A stretch of 64,000 nt of DNA from Candidatus Stahliibacteriota bacterium (GCA_030602565.1 JAUVZL010000001.1:47233-111232); one strand, 5' to 3'; positions 18,301-25,960 are shown, counted from the stretch's first letter. Numbers and translations are program-made. Notes: generated from the letters alone by a model not told the origin.

Positions 18301-19242
18301 CATCGCTGAAGCACTTACCGTATCATAAATATTCTGCTCGTTCATTGCCGGGATCGTGAGCAGGACCACAGGAAAATCAGCCGTCGCACCCGGACCTCCA
18401 TAAGCACCCATATCGTTGCGCGATCCATCAGGGTCATTGTACTGTGCTGCAGGATTTCCTGAATCAATACACGGTGAGCCAGTCTGTAAATGGAAGTCAT
18501 TGGGTGGATCCACATAGAGTGGATCAGCTGAAATACTCCCGGTACCAGGTGAGCAATTCTGATAATTGGTAGCATTGTTCCATACATTGTTATAGGTAAG
18601 CACCGGGGGTGTCCCCACTGCATAAACGCCATATAGAGTACTTGACGTAACTATATTATTCATTACCGTTGCACCATAACCACCGCCATCATTAATACCA
18701 ATCCTATTTCCAACCACGGTATTATTGATAACTACAGGGTCAGCACTTATTACTATTCCATCAAAATTCTGATTAACTACAACATTATTGTGAATATACG
18801 CATTAGATTGATTCCAGGTAGCTATGCCAAAGTCATTGCCTTCAACTCGATTATTACTAATGTCTGGCTTGGCACCACTATTACAGAAAATCCCAGCACC
18901 ACCTGGCATACCGCCACCAGATACTGCACCGGTAACAGTAAATCCCTGGAACTTGGTATCATTGTCAATATCATTGCCTGAAGCAAACACAACGTCACCG
19001 CTATTGCCACCACCATCAATAATTGATAATCCTTCGCCAGTCCCTCGTACAACAACATCTGCTTTCAAGGTTATTTCTTCATTATATGTACCTGGTGCAA
19101 CGACAACAATGTCACCGCCATTGGCAGCATCAATGCCCTGCTGTATAGTCGGATAATCTTGCGGTACCCTTATTATTATCGCATGGAGCAATAGAGGGAA
19201 AAACGCAAAGGAAACAATTAGTATTGTAAAAAATTTCTTCAT
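15346..19242 (-). CDS. giant secreted protein (1298 aa): N-terminal right-handed beta-helix region, ~12 FG-GAP/VCBS-type repeats, C-terminal T9SS-type sorting domain
   Basis: A signal peptide is present. There are repeated GDFNGDGxxDI / GDFDxDGDxD motifs. The C-terminus reads YPNPFKQNTIIRCQ...IYDVTGRLIRVF...GVYFCQL...IVLVR. Confidence 0.85.
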   Translation of the reverse strand: MKKFFTILIVSFAFFPLLLHAIIIRVPQDYPTIQQGIDAANGGDIVVVAPGTYNEEITLKADVVVRGTGEGLSIIDGGGNSGDVVFASGNDIDNDTKFQGFTVTGAVSGGGMPGGAGIFCNSGAKPDISNNRVEGNDFGIATWNQSNAYIHNNVVVNQNFDGIVISADPVVINNTVVGNRIGINDGGGYGATVMNNIVTSSTLYGVYAVGTPPVLTYNNVWNNATNYQNCSPGTGSISADPLYVDPPNDFHLQTGSPCIDSGNPAAQYNDPDGSRNDMGAYGGPGATADFPVVLLTIPAMNEQNIYDTVSASAMFNLDMDPVSFTVNTTQIHGKFTGFISSTITYDTTARFVTIDPDSTFHCGEIVTAVLTKDIRTPSGDSLEGFIWQFVCRVDSGSGLFTHSDQYMLGDGPLDGVTGDFYRDDNLDVAFANYYSDEVSVLIGNGDGTFATAVNYPVGSGPTGICTSNFNFNVDPWLDLAVTNEGSNDVSILLGNGDGTFTVGSSYAADIAPQGICCGDFNCDGLLDIAVVNRNSGTVSILIGDGNGTFSGPMNYTVGGSPLRIVCGDFNNDGYLDVVTTNSTTNNISILLGDGTGGFGAVDNFSVGTNPHGVYSADFNGDGDLDIATANFDSDNVSRLLGNGDGTFGSAVHFAAGDGPSGIYATDHDADGNHDLAVSNVNANTVSILLGNGNGGFATATHFITGSSPSCLLSGDFDNDRDMDIVTGDYSVDSMSVLLNEAALNVTSTDPVQYQLDVPQSTDINATFSLEVDSLTLNNSTFTVQGVQTGIHTGTIIYSSGTSTVSLDPDIDFIDGEVVTAILSKDIQSLIGPYLDGFIWDFTAAVSTQSDGTFENPLNFTAGNQPRGLFAGDFDGDWDIDIAATSNPNSVVVLLNNGDGTFAAPVYTSIEGDPIALFGADFDSDGDIDLASAHNQPGTSHLVILKNNGSGVFTVFATYAPAILGQNLAGGDIDADNDIDLVMTDGWGSGTNVRVMLNNGNGSYSGPYTYTAGTWARGVAIKDVDNDGDLDLGVTNAGNDNISILSNDGDGNFPEITNYAVGDNPTAVYGNDFNGDNYVDFATANYSGNDIAVILNNGDGTFSNPTGYATGNNTRALHGGDFDGDGDIDLIGSNNGTNTVAVLLNNGDGTYGNLATYTVGTSPWGIMSADYDLDGALDIACGNYNSNNVTVLYNTGTGVLEHGLSDIVTQLSIYPNPFKQNTIIRCQILNTTNASLKIYDVTGRLIRVFNVDPYDMNESVTSVSWNGTDELERVVPNGVYFCQLNADNRTLTRQIVLVR

Positions 19243-19262
19243 TCCTGCCTCCTATTTAGTGA

Positions 19263-19290
19263 ATTATAAAGAGAAATAACCGTATGTCAA
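19263..19290 (-). promoter_or_regulatory. perfect consensus sigma70 promoter (TTGACA-16-TATAAT) for the giant FG-GAP protein
   Basis: On the minus strand, TTGACA is rc of 19285-19290 and TATAAT is rc of 19263-19268. A UTR with AGGAGG and the ATG at 19242 follow. Confidence 0.55.
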
Positions 19291-19323
19291 TAGTACAACG
19301 ATTTATGCTGTAATGAGAGAAAA

Positions 19324-20223
19324 TTAAGTGTTTGTAACCCTGGTATTCTTCTCTTTTTTAGAAAGGAAGTAGATACCAACCAGAAGAAGTAAAATACCAA
19401 GGAATTGCATTGAGGTAATTACTTCCCTTAAAACCAGATAGCCTAAAAAGATTGCGAAAAAAGGCGTGGTAAGTTCAAGTGCGGAAACTTGTGCAGCCTT
19501 AATTAGTCTTATACCTTCATAGTATAAAATGGTGCCGATACCAATGGTAAACCCGAGTAAGACCTGATAGATACTGACAATCTCAAGACCTCTAAAAACC
19601 AAAACATAACTAATAAAAATAATACCAGCAAAGAGAAATCGGTAAAAGGCGATTATCCCTGCATCGAGTGATCTCAAGTATTTTCGTGCAACTATTGCAG
19701 TCGTTGCCCAGGCTATTGTTGCTGACAAGACATAGATGTCTCCAATCGTACCAAACCTGAATCCGACAAAATTACTGAGTGTCTTTGTTGTAACCATGAT
19801 ACCAGCTAAAATCATGAATAGTATACCAAGATAGTCAGGTTTTGTGATCCTGTCTTGTTTGAGTACGAGAAATCCAAAGAATACAATGAAAATCGGTTGC
19901 ATATGACCGATTATAACTGCATTGATAACTGGCACCCGGGTTAAGGCATAGATATATATCAGATCGGCAAAGAGTGTCGCAATAAGGGATACGTATATTA
20001 GCTTGGGTATGTGCTGCTTCTTAACAGGAAGGTGTTTTATTTTGAAAACGATAACATATACTGCAATGATTACAAAAGCAAATATCGTTCGAGTGGCAAA
20101 GGTATTTATGAAATCAGTGTTTTGGTATGAGAGCTTTACCAGAATAGGCTCAATTGCCCACATCATACTCGCTCCTAATACAGCCAAGGTACCAAGCATT
20201 TTCCTATTGATCTTTTTAGGCAT
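19324..20223 (-). CDS. EamA/DMT-superfamily transporter
   Basis: A 10-TM hydropathy pattern with two EamA-like halves. Length is 299 aa. Confidence 0.8.
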   Translation of the reverse strand: MPKKINRKMLGTLAVLGASMMWAIEPILVKLSYQNTDFINTFATRTIFAFVIIAVYVIVFKIKHLPVKKQHIPKLIYVSLIATLFADLIYIYALTRVPVINAVIIGHMQPIFIVFFGFLVLKQDRITKPDYLGILFMILAGIMVTTKTLSNFVGFRFGTIGDIYVLSATIAWATTAIVARKYLRSLDAGIIAFYRFLFAGIIFISYVLVFRGLEIVSIYQVLLGFTIGIGTILYYEGIRLIKAAQVSALELTTPFFAIFLGYLVLREVITSMQFLGILLLLVGIYFLSKKEKNTRVTNT

Positions 20224-20263
20224 ATGCGTATTGTATTCATATATATCGATAATTCAAGACAGC

Positions 20264-20291
20264 TTGACAGCAAATCTTCGGAGAATATAAT
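20264..20291 (+). promoter_or_regulatory. perfect consensus sigma70 promoter (TTGACA-16-TATAAT) on the plus strand, in the intergenic region between two minus-strand genes
   Basis: TTGACA at 20264-20269 and TATAAT at 20286-20291. ATG 20297 lies 5 nt downstream in a leaderless arrangement. Confidence 0.45.
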
Positions 20292-20296
20292 ACTAT

Positions 20297-20416
20297 ATGA
20301 AAATATCCTGTAAACACGAAATCCTTTTGTACGCGATATTAGTTGTACCTCAGTTACTATTTGGCCGACTCCTTTTGGAGCACAATGGCATTGTTGAGAT
20401 GAATTATTTTTTGTAG
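20297..20416 (+). CDS. candidate leaderless small ORF (39 aa, hydrophobic: MKISCKHEILLYAILVVPQLLFGRLLLEHNGIVEMNYFL)
   Basis: It begins at the expected TSS of the perfect promoter and has no SD. It is absent from the ORF track because it is shorter than 60 aa. Coding status is unproven. Confidence 0.25.
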   Translation: MKISCKHEILLYAILVVPQLLFGRLLLEHNGIVEMNYFL

Positions 20417-20451
20417 CCCATTTATCCCCGTCCTGAAGGGCGAGGTATTAT

Positions 20452-21270
20452 TTAAGGGTACGGGGTAAAAGTAATAGAGAATTGATGGGCATTTGAGAAT
20501 TCTGTATATACGAAAGAATATCCGATTTCATAGCTTTCTACCAGGACAATGATACCACCTGAAAGATTTAGGTCAGAAATATGAAAGCCCTGGTATGTTT
20601 CACTGATAAGATCTTCAGGTTTTATGTACCTTGTTCCTACAAGTAGCTTAACATAGTGGTATTTGTACAACAACCCTGAATTTATCTCTAAATGCGGCAT
20701 TTTTGATTCAATGAAGAATGTAATATCCCTGGGTAAAGCTAGTTTTAAACCAAGTGCACTTGTAAACGGAATTGTGGTGTTTTCTCCAAATTCTTTACCT
20801 AAATTATCAATCTTGGCACCGATTGCGATATTGCCGAAATCAATGTATGAGCTGATTGCCAGACATACACCATACAGGGACTGGGTATCAACTTTTTCTC
20901 CAAAGGTCTTGATTGATAGTCCAAACAGACCGATCCTTCGTCCGAAAATTACACATATATCATAAGGCGTGAATTCATTAGTTGGCACGCCAAATTGATC
21001 ATAGCCCTGAATCCCGCCATAATTCAGGTAGCTGATGCCAATCACATTGTCTTTGTAAGTAGCGCCCAAAGAAAAATGGTTTGTCGAAGACAACCATCTC
21101 GATAAAGTAAAGTTAATCTGTGTTGAACCAATAATAGCAGGGTTATGAAATGCTGATAAGCCTTCATTAATCATTATTGATGCGCTGCCTAAACCTTGAG
21201 ACATAACGCCTGGGGATAGTCGCAAGAAGTAGGCAGAGCTGATTGAAACAAGGAATATTAATAATGTCAT
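20452..21270 (-). CDS. putative outer-membrane beta-barrel protein (possibly T9SS-associated PorP/SprF- or PorQ-like)
   Basis: The signal peptide MTLLIFLVSISSAYF starts at an internal Met. Amphipathic beta-strands alternate with Gly/aromatic-rich stretches, and the C-terminus is aromatic. The listed 21351 start would overlap the upstream gene. Confidence 0.45.
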   Translation of the reverse strand: MTLLIFLVSISSAYFLRLSPGVMSQGLGSASIMINEGLSAFHNPAIIGSTQINFTLSRWLSSTNHFSLGATYKDNVIGISYLNYGGIQGYDQFGVPTNEFTPYDICVIFGRRIGLFGLSIKTFGEKVDTQSLYGVCLAISSYIDFGNIAIGAKIDNLGKEFGENTTIPFTSALGLKLALPRDITFFIESKMPHLEINSGLLYKYHYVKLLVGTRYIKPEDLISETYQGFHISDLNLSGGIIVLVESYEIGYSFVYTEFSNAHQFSITFTPYP

Positions 21271-21295
21271 AGATATGATTGGTTCTCTGTATCCC

Positions 21296-22534
21296 TCATT
21301 GAACGATTGCCATTTTTGACTTATACCTGTAGGAATTAAAACGGGTTTCAACTACGACATACACAAAATAGATACCTACAGGTAGCAAACCCCGTCTCAG
21401 TAGAAATCCATCAGGATTATAAGTCATGTCTTCATATACCCGTTGACCAAGGATATTTGTCAGTGTTAGTGTCGCTTTTTCAAAATCATCAACCCGGGGG
21501 AATTCTATGTGTGCTTGATTCTGCATAGGGTTGGGCCAAATTTTAACTATCTTTTCAGGTGTGGTATGGAAATCTCCATCATTTATATCAACGAACACAG
21601 GTAAATGATCTGATGCGAAATATAAGGCATCAGCAATATTGGCTGGTACAACACTATTATACCCTTGATTAATCGAGATATCAAAATGATTGCCATCATT
21701 ACCGACTATCGTATATGAGTGATTCGATATGAACAAACCAGCACTATCAAGAAAACTCTGCGAGCACATAACCATATCAAATCGGTCGTCCAGACCACCT
21801 GCTGCACCACCGTCTTCAAGCTGCTCGTACCTTGTGGATTGAGTATGTATCGAGGCGAAATCGGCATTGTCATGCCAGTACCCTGAAGCATTCAGAGGAT
21901 CAAATAAACGACCGTTGTTGTTTGAAAAATCTCCAACAAGGTGTTGGTAAGCCGACTCTCGACTGTAATAGATATTAAAATCACCAAGCACTAAGAAATA
22001 CGAACCTTGGGCAAACTGACTGAGATATTCTCGCAACACCTTGGCTTCTTCAAAACGAATTGCCTCATTAGCAGAACCCTGTGAAGCTTTAAAATGGAGA
22101 GAGAACAAGCAGCATTCCTGTTGGCTCTCAGAAGACCTCAATCGATACTGTGCAATGTCCCGGTTTGTAGTTGACAGATACTGGTCATACAGGACCTCAA
22201 CCTTATCCGGTATGTAGAAAATAGCATTGTCAGTACCCGGACCATCATGAAAAGTGCCTGCATCGTAAATATCTTCTTGATAATTCATTATTGAATCCAG
22301 AAACAGATTGACACCTCCTTGACTCTGCATTTCCTGAACAATGAGGACGTCTGGCTGTACATACTCAACAACTGCACGTAAGTGATCAAGCCTTTGCATA
22401 CCCATAGCCTCTGGAAAGTTGAGGATATTATAAGACACAATTCTAATTGTTCCGCCGGACAAAAAACAGAACCCATAGACAATGACCAGTAATATCCGTT
22501 TGTATCCTTGTTCAGAATTCTGTTTCACTATCAT
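21296..22534 (-). CDS. endonuclease/exonuclease/phosphatase (EEP) family secreted nuclease-like protein with C-terminal T9SS-type sorting domain
   Basis: The N-terminal EEP core reads RIVSYNILNF...DVLIVQE. The C-terminus IWPNPMQNQAHIEF...LTNILGQRVYE...GIYFVYVV is CTD-like. Confidence 0.7.
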   Translation of the reverse strand: MIVKQNSEQGYKRILLVIVYGFCFLSGGTIRIVSYNILNFPEAMGMQRLDHLRAVVEYVQPDVLIVQEMQSQGGVNLFLDSIMNYQEDIYDAGTFHDGPGTDNAIFYIPDKVEVLYDQYLSTTNRDIAQYRLRSSESQQECCLFSLHFKASQGSANEAIRFEEAKVLREYLSQFAQGSYFLVLGDFNIYYSRESAYQHLVGDFSNNNGRLFDPLNASGYWHDNADFASIHTQSTRYEQLEDGGAAGGLDDRFDMVMCSQSFLDSAGLFISNHSYTIVGNDGNHFDISINQGYNSVVPANIADALYFASDHLPVFVDINDGDFHTTPEKIVKIWPNPMQNQAHIEFPRVDDFEKATLTLTNILGQRVYEDMTYNPDGFLLRRGLLPVGIYFVYVVVETRFNSYRYKSKMAIVQ

Positions 22535-24039
22535 TAACGGACAATGTCAGTAATTCTACTGTGAAGCGCCCCTTGTATTGGCGAGTGCTTTTTCACGTAT
22601 TCAGCAATGATGTTGCGCAGATAAAGGGATGTATCATTAATATCGGTCGCCTTCTTAAAGACAATGTACTCTCCCCCACCTGCAGCAAGGTATGAATTAG
22701 TTACAACTCTATATTCCTTAGTCAGATCGAGCTGTTCACCGTCTTCAGTGACAACTTCGATCATTCTTTGACCAATTGGTTTTTCTGAATCGTATTTCAA
22801 TTTGATACCAGATATCTGGAAAATAGCATGATGACCATTAAAGCCGATCTCAAGTACTTCGAGCAACACTTTGCCCGACATGTTCATGACTACCGCGGTA
22901 TTAGAAAGTCCATCGATATTATAGCAGTCACGATATGTTATTTCACCCTTTGGCATATTTGCTCTGATGCCACCAGAATTATGTATTGCAATATCAGCAG
23001 TGAGGTATTCTCGCATCGCATCAGTAATCAAGTTCCCTATGGTAGTTTCTTCGAAACCAGCCCTGGTCAATTCATCATTAGAATAACCGATTACTTCATC
23101 AAACCCTTTTTCAGTAACTGCCTCCCATTTTTTCACGATGTTTAGCATGTGCATATCACTCTCGATTTCTTCGCTCAAGAGATCAATCAGGGTTCCTTTA
23201 TAGCCGGCAATTCTCTTTGTCTCTGGGGCCACTAAAAGATCAAGAAAACCGATACTGCTGAGGTGACTGTAGGATTGACAGATTATCGTATGGTTGATTG
23301 AATCTTCGTATGGCGTCTGTAATGCAGAAGAGCTATGCGAACCGAATATTATATCAATGCCAAGTACGGAGCTGGCAACACGTTTATCGTGTTTCAATCC
23401 AATACCAGTTAAAGCGATTATTAAATCGACATCTTTAGTCTGCAGGATTTCCACATATTTCCTTGCTGTTGTTATTTCATCCAATACATCATGATTCTTG
23501 AATTTTTCTGGTGTTGTCATACCTTTCATATAATGGGTAAGTATGCTGAAAATGCCAATCTTCATTCCGTTACGTTCGATTATTGTAAAAGGTGTCAGGT
23601 AATCTACATTTTCGCGCGTTTTCTCATAAACAATATTACTACCCAAAAATATGGCATCAACACCTCCGACGAATTCCTTGAACACCTCAACGCCCATGTC
23701 ATAGTCGTGATTACCAGGTGCTACTACATCGTAACCACAATAATTGAAATATTCGACTACTGATTTGCCTTTGGAAAACTCACCGAGCGGCGAACCCATA
23801 AACATATCACCGCTGTCAAAAAGAAGAAATCCATAACCCAGGGTGTCGGCTTCTTGCTTTTTTGATTTGATGAAATGAGCTGCGGCAGCCGCATTGCCAA
23901 GGAGTGGTGGGAAATAGGGGTTCATCCACCAAGCAACACTCGGTGACAGCGCCCCTTCTATATCGTTTGTGTAAAGGATGTAGATGTGATCAGAGCTATT
24001 CGCGGCAGACAGGGTGAAGAGTAGAAAAAGACTAAACAA
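22534..24039 (-). CDS. bifunctional metallophosphatase/5'-nucleotidase (UshA-like), secreted
   Basis: ILYTNDIEGA, GNHDYDMG and GDMFMGSP metallophosphoesterase motifs are present, followed by a C-terminal 5'-nucleotidase substrate-binding domain. A signal peptide is present. Confidence 0.85.
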   Translation of the reverse strand: MFSLFLLFTLSAANSSDHIYILYTNDIEGALSPSVAWWMNPYFPPLLGNAAAAAHFIKSKKQEADTLGYGFLLFDSGDMFMGSPLGEFSKGKSVVEYFNYCGYDVVAPGNHDYDMGVEVFKEFVGGVDAIFLGSNIVYEKTRENVDYLTPFTIIERNGMKIGIFSILTHYMKGMTTPEKFKNHDVLDEITTARKYVEILQTKDVDLIIALTGIGLKHDKRVASSVLGIDIIFGSHSSSALQTPYEDSINHTIICQSYSHLSSIGFLDLLVAPETKRIAGYKGTLIDLLSEEIESDMHMLNIVKKWEAVTEKGFDEVIGYSNDELTRAGFEETTIGNLITDAMREYLTADIAIHNSGGIRANMPKGEITYRDCYNIDGLSNTAVVMNMSGKVLLEVLEIGFNGHHAIFQISGIKLKYDSEKPIGQRMIEVVTEDGEQLDLTKEYRVVTNSYLAAGGGEYIVFKKATDINDTSLYLRNIIAEYVKKHSPIQGALHSRITDIVR

Positions 24040-24044
24040 TGGAA

Positions 24045-25127
24045 TTATAAGGTAAAGCCAAGAGACATTAGAATTGTACTGGTTGATTCATCAAATTGCA
24101 GGTTGCTGAGGTTATTTAATCTATCAAAGTCACTACTAGTATAATCGCGTTTTGCATAACTGTAACCAAGGTTAAAATGTAACCTTTCTATTTGGAGTCC
24201 GAACCCAATCGACAAAACTGTTGTCCAGACAGCAGTCTGTTCGTAGTTAGGAAAAACACAAAACCCGTAGCGTATCGCGTACTTGCTGGCGAATTTATGT
24301 TCAATTCCTGCTTTGTAGATATTTATCGATGTTAGCCATGTTTCACGGCTAAATTCACCAAAGAACCTCGTTGGGATACGAGCCGCAGGTTGGTAATAGC
24401 ACCCAATTGTGTGTGTTGCTGGGTAATCAAAACTCGGACTATTTTCCTTTTCCTTAAGGGTATGTTTAGTCAGGTATACATATGCAAGAGCAAAATGCTG
24501 GTTGGCAAAGACAAGAATGCCCACGCTCGTAGCTTTGCCTTCACACGTGTTTTCTTGCACGTTAACTGAGTCGGGCAAATTCGGTCCGGTTATTGTGATA
24601 TTGGAATGTGTCTTACCCAATATGAAATGTTCTTTTATGCCGACACTGAAAAGTCTGCAGGAAAAACACACTACTGGTGCCAAGGAATAGATCGAACCGT
24701 CGTATTCATGAATTTCTGTTTTCGTCAACTGATAAAAATCATCGCGGTATTCGCGCCGAAAATAGTAGTCAAAATCCCACATCGGTGAGTACTGGAAACC
24801 GATCCTCAAACCTTTGAGAGGAAACACAGCCAAGCCTGCAGCGAGGTCGATGCTGGCATGCGTGCTGTTAGTAATAGTGGAAATACCCATATTATTACCG
24901 TATGAATCATAAACTCTCAGACCTCTGCGTTCGTTGGTTAACGTGAAAGCCGGTGTGATTGACACATATAGTCTGTCTATCAAGCCGAGACAGGCAGGAT
25001 TTGAACCAGTCTTTAAGACAGAAGTCACGCCACCTAAGCTAAGAGAAGGGGCATCAGTGTAATAAAAGCGATCGCCCTGGCTGTTCACCCCGGGTAAGGT
25101 TAGATAGAAAAGGTATATTATGATCAT
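24045..25127 (-). CDS. putative outer-membrane beta-barrel protein (360 aa)
   Basis: A signal peptide is present. The sequence is rich in alternating aromatic/Gly beta-strand segments. It is the first gene of the nucleotidase operon. Confidence 0.45.
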   Translation of the reverse strand: MIIIYLFYLTLPGVNSQGDRFYYTDAPSLSLGGVTSVLKTGSNPACLGLIDRLYVSITPAFTLTNERRGLRVYDSYGNNMGISTITNSTHASIDLAAGLAVFPLKGLRIGFQYSPMWDFDYYFRREYRDDFYQLTKTEIHEYDGSIYSLAPVVCFSCRLFSVGIKEHFILGKTHSNITITGPNLPDSVNVQENTCEGKATSVGILVFANQHFALAYVYLTKHTLKEKENSPSFDYPATHTIGCYYQPAARIPTRFFGEFSRETWLTSINIYKAGIEHKFASKYAIRYGFCVFPNYEQTAVWTTVLSIGFGLQIERLHFNLGYSYAKRDYTSSDFDRLNNLSNLQFDESTSTILMSLGFTL

Positions 25128-25158
25128 ACGCGAAAGCCTTAGACCCCTGGTTTAAGGA

Positions 25159-25704
25159 TTACGGTACAAAAACTGCAGCCGCGATAACTGTTGTCCACAA
25201 GCCATTCTTATTGCCGATCGCGGTTTGAGTAATAGCCGTTGTTTTAACGATTTCTCTGGAAATCCTCCAGATTTCTTTTCTCTCGTCATAACTTGTGTCC
25301 GGATTAAAGGGGACACCAAGAGTCGTCGCTAACATTTGCGCCGCCAGATCTTCGGCTTCATCTGCTACTTTGATTTCACTTTCTCCATACGAATGATATT
25401 CTGACAAATAACCGTATTGTGTACGGTCTTTGGGTATTGCGACGCCTATTGATGCAGCTATGAGACGATGTGGTTCATTAGTACTGCACTCAGCCATCAC
25501 TGTGTACGTTATTTCACCCGCTGATAAAGAACAAATGCCCTTGCTCTTGGATAGAATTTTTGCCTTGGGAGGTAAGATACTTGACACCCTCACAATATTG
25601 AAATGGGCAATACCAGCATCACGTAATGCAGCCTCAAAGCTAGCCAGTTTTGCTTTATGTCGGCCAACGCCTTTAGTAAAAAAGAGATTCTTTGGTACTA
25701 ACAT
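25159..25704 (-). CDS. pdaD: pyruvoyl-dependent arginine decarboxylase
   Basis: The N-terminus MLVPKNLFFTKGVGRHKAKLASFEAALRDAGIAHFNIVRVSSILPP matches PdaD, including the SS self-cleavage site. Length is 181 aa. Confidence 0.8.
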   Translation of the reverse strand: MLVPKNLFFTKGVGRHKAKLASFEAALRDAGIAHFNIVRVSSILPPKAKILSKSKGICSLSAGEITYTVMAECSTNEPHRLIAASIGVAIPKDRTQYGYLSEYHSYGESEIKVADEAEDLAAQMLATTLGVPFNPDTSYDERKEIWRISREIVKTTAITQTAIGNKNGLWTTVIAAAVFVP

Positions 25705-25716
25705 TTTATCCTCTTA

Positions 25717-25789
25717 TGGAGCAGACCAGAGTCGAACTGGCGGCCTTCTCGCTGCGAACGAGACGCTCTCCCAACTGAGCTACTGCCCC
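25717..25789 (-). tRNA. tRNA-Ala (anticodon CGC)
   Basis: The reverse complement folds as a cloverleaf GGGGCAG-TA-GCTC-AGTTGGGA-GAGC-G-TCTCG-TTCGCAG-CGAGA-AGGCC-GCCAG-TTCGACT-CTGGT-CTGCTCC-A. G3:U70 is the Ala identity pair and the discriminator is A73. CCA is not encoded. Confidence 0.85.
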
Positions 25790-25838
25790 TGATTTTTCGA
25801 TTATAAGGGAAAAGATTGCGAAGTCAAGACATGAACCA

Positions 25839-25960
25839 GTTAAATAGTTAAATGGTAATTGGTTAAATAAAACTCCGTTCAATAGCATATGTGATATTTA
25901 GTTATTTAACTTTTTAACCATTTCCCATTTAACCATTTATAACCATTCACAATTTAACCA
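25839..25960. promoter_or_regulatory. AT-rich region with phased AACCATT/AATGGTT repeats upstream of tRNA-Ala (putative UP-element/curved DNA or binding-site array)
   Basis: The sequence ttaaccatttcccatttaaccatttataaccattcacaatttaacca has repeats at 25916, 25931, 25941 and 25956 (10-15 bp phasing). Oppositely oriented copies lie at 25850-25866. Confidence 0.3.

Noticed and set aside
15687-19156. Multiple 60-110-aa ORFs on both strands inside the 1298-aa FG-GAP gene
   Set aside because: These are alternative-frame and antisense ORFs typical of a long repetitive Gly/Asp-rich coding region. None has an independent SD or motif.
20003-20290. 95-aa plus-strand ORF overlapping the EamA 5' end
   Set aside because: It is antisense to EamA and terminates inside the perfect promoter. 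The short leaderless ORF starting at 20297 is the more plausible product of that promoter, if any.
24045-25127. Assignment of the 360-aa outer-membrane protein as a Tsx-type nucleoside channel
   Set aside because: The idea is attractive given the nuclease/nucleotidase context, but I see no sequence motif supporting Tsx over other barrels. It is kept only as a hypothesis in the findings.
25430-25888. ORFs 25430-25792(+) and 25706-25888(-)
   Set aside because: Both run across the tRNA-Ala gene and its AT-rich promoter region. They are antisense/overlap artefacts.
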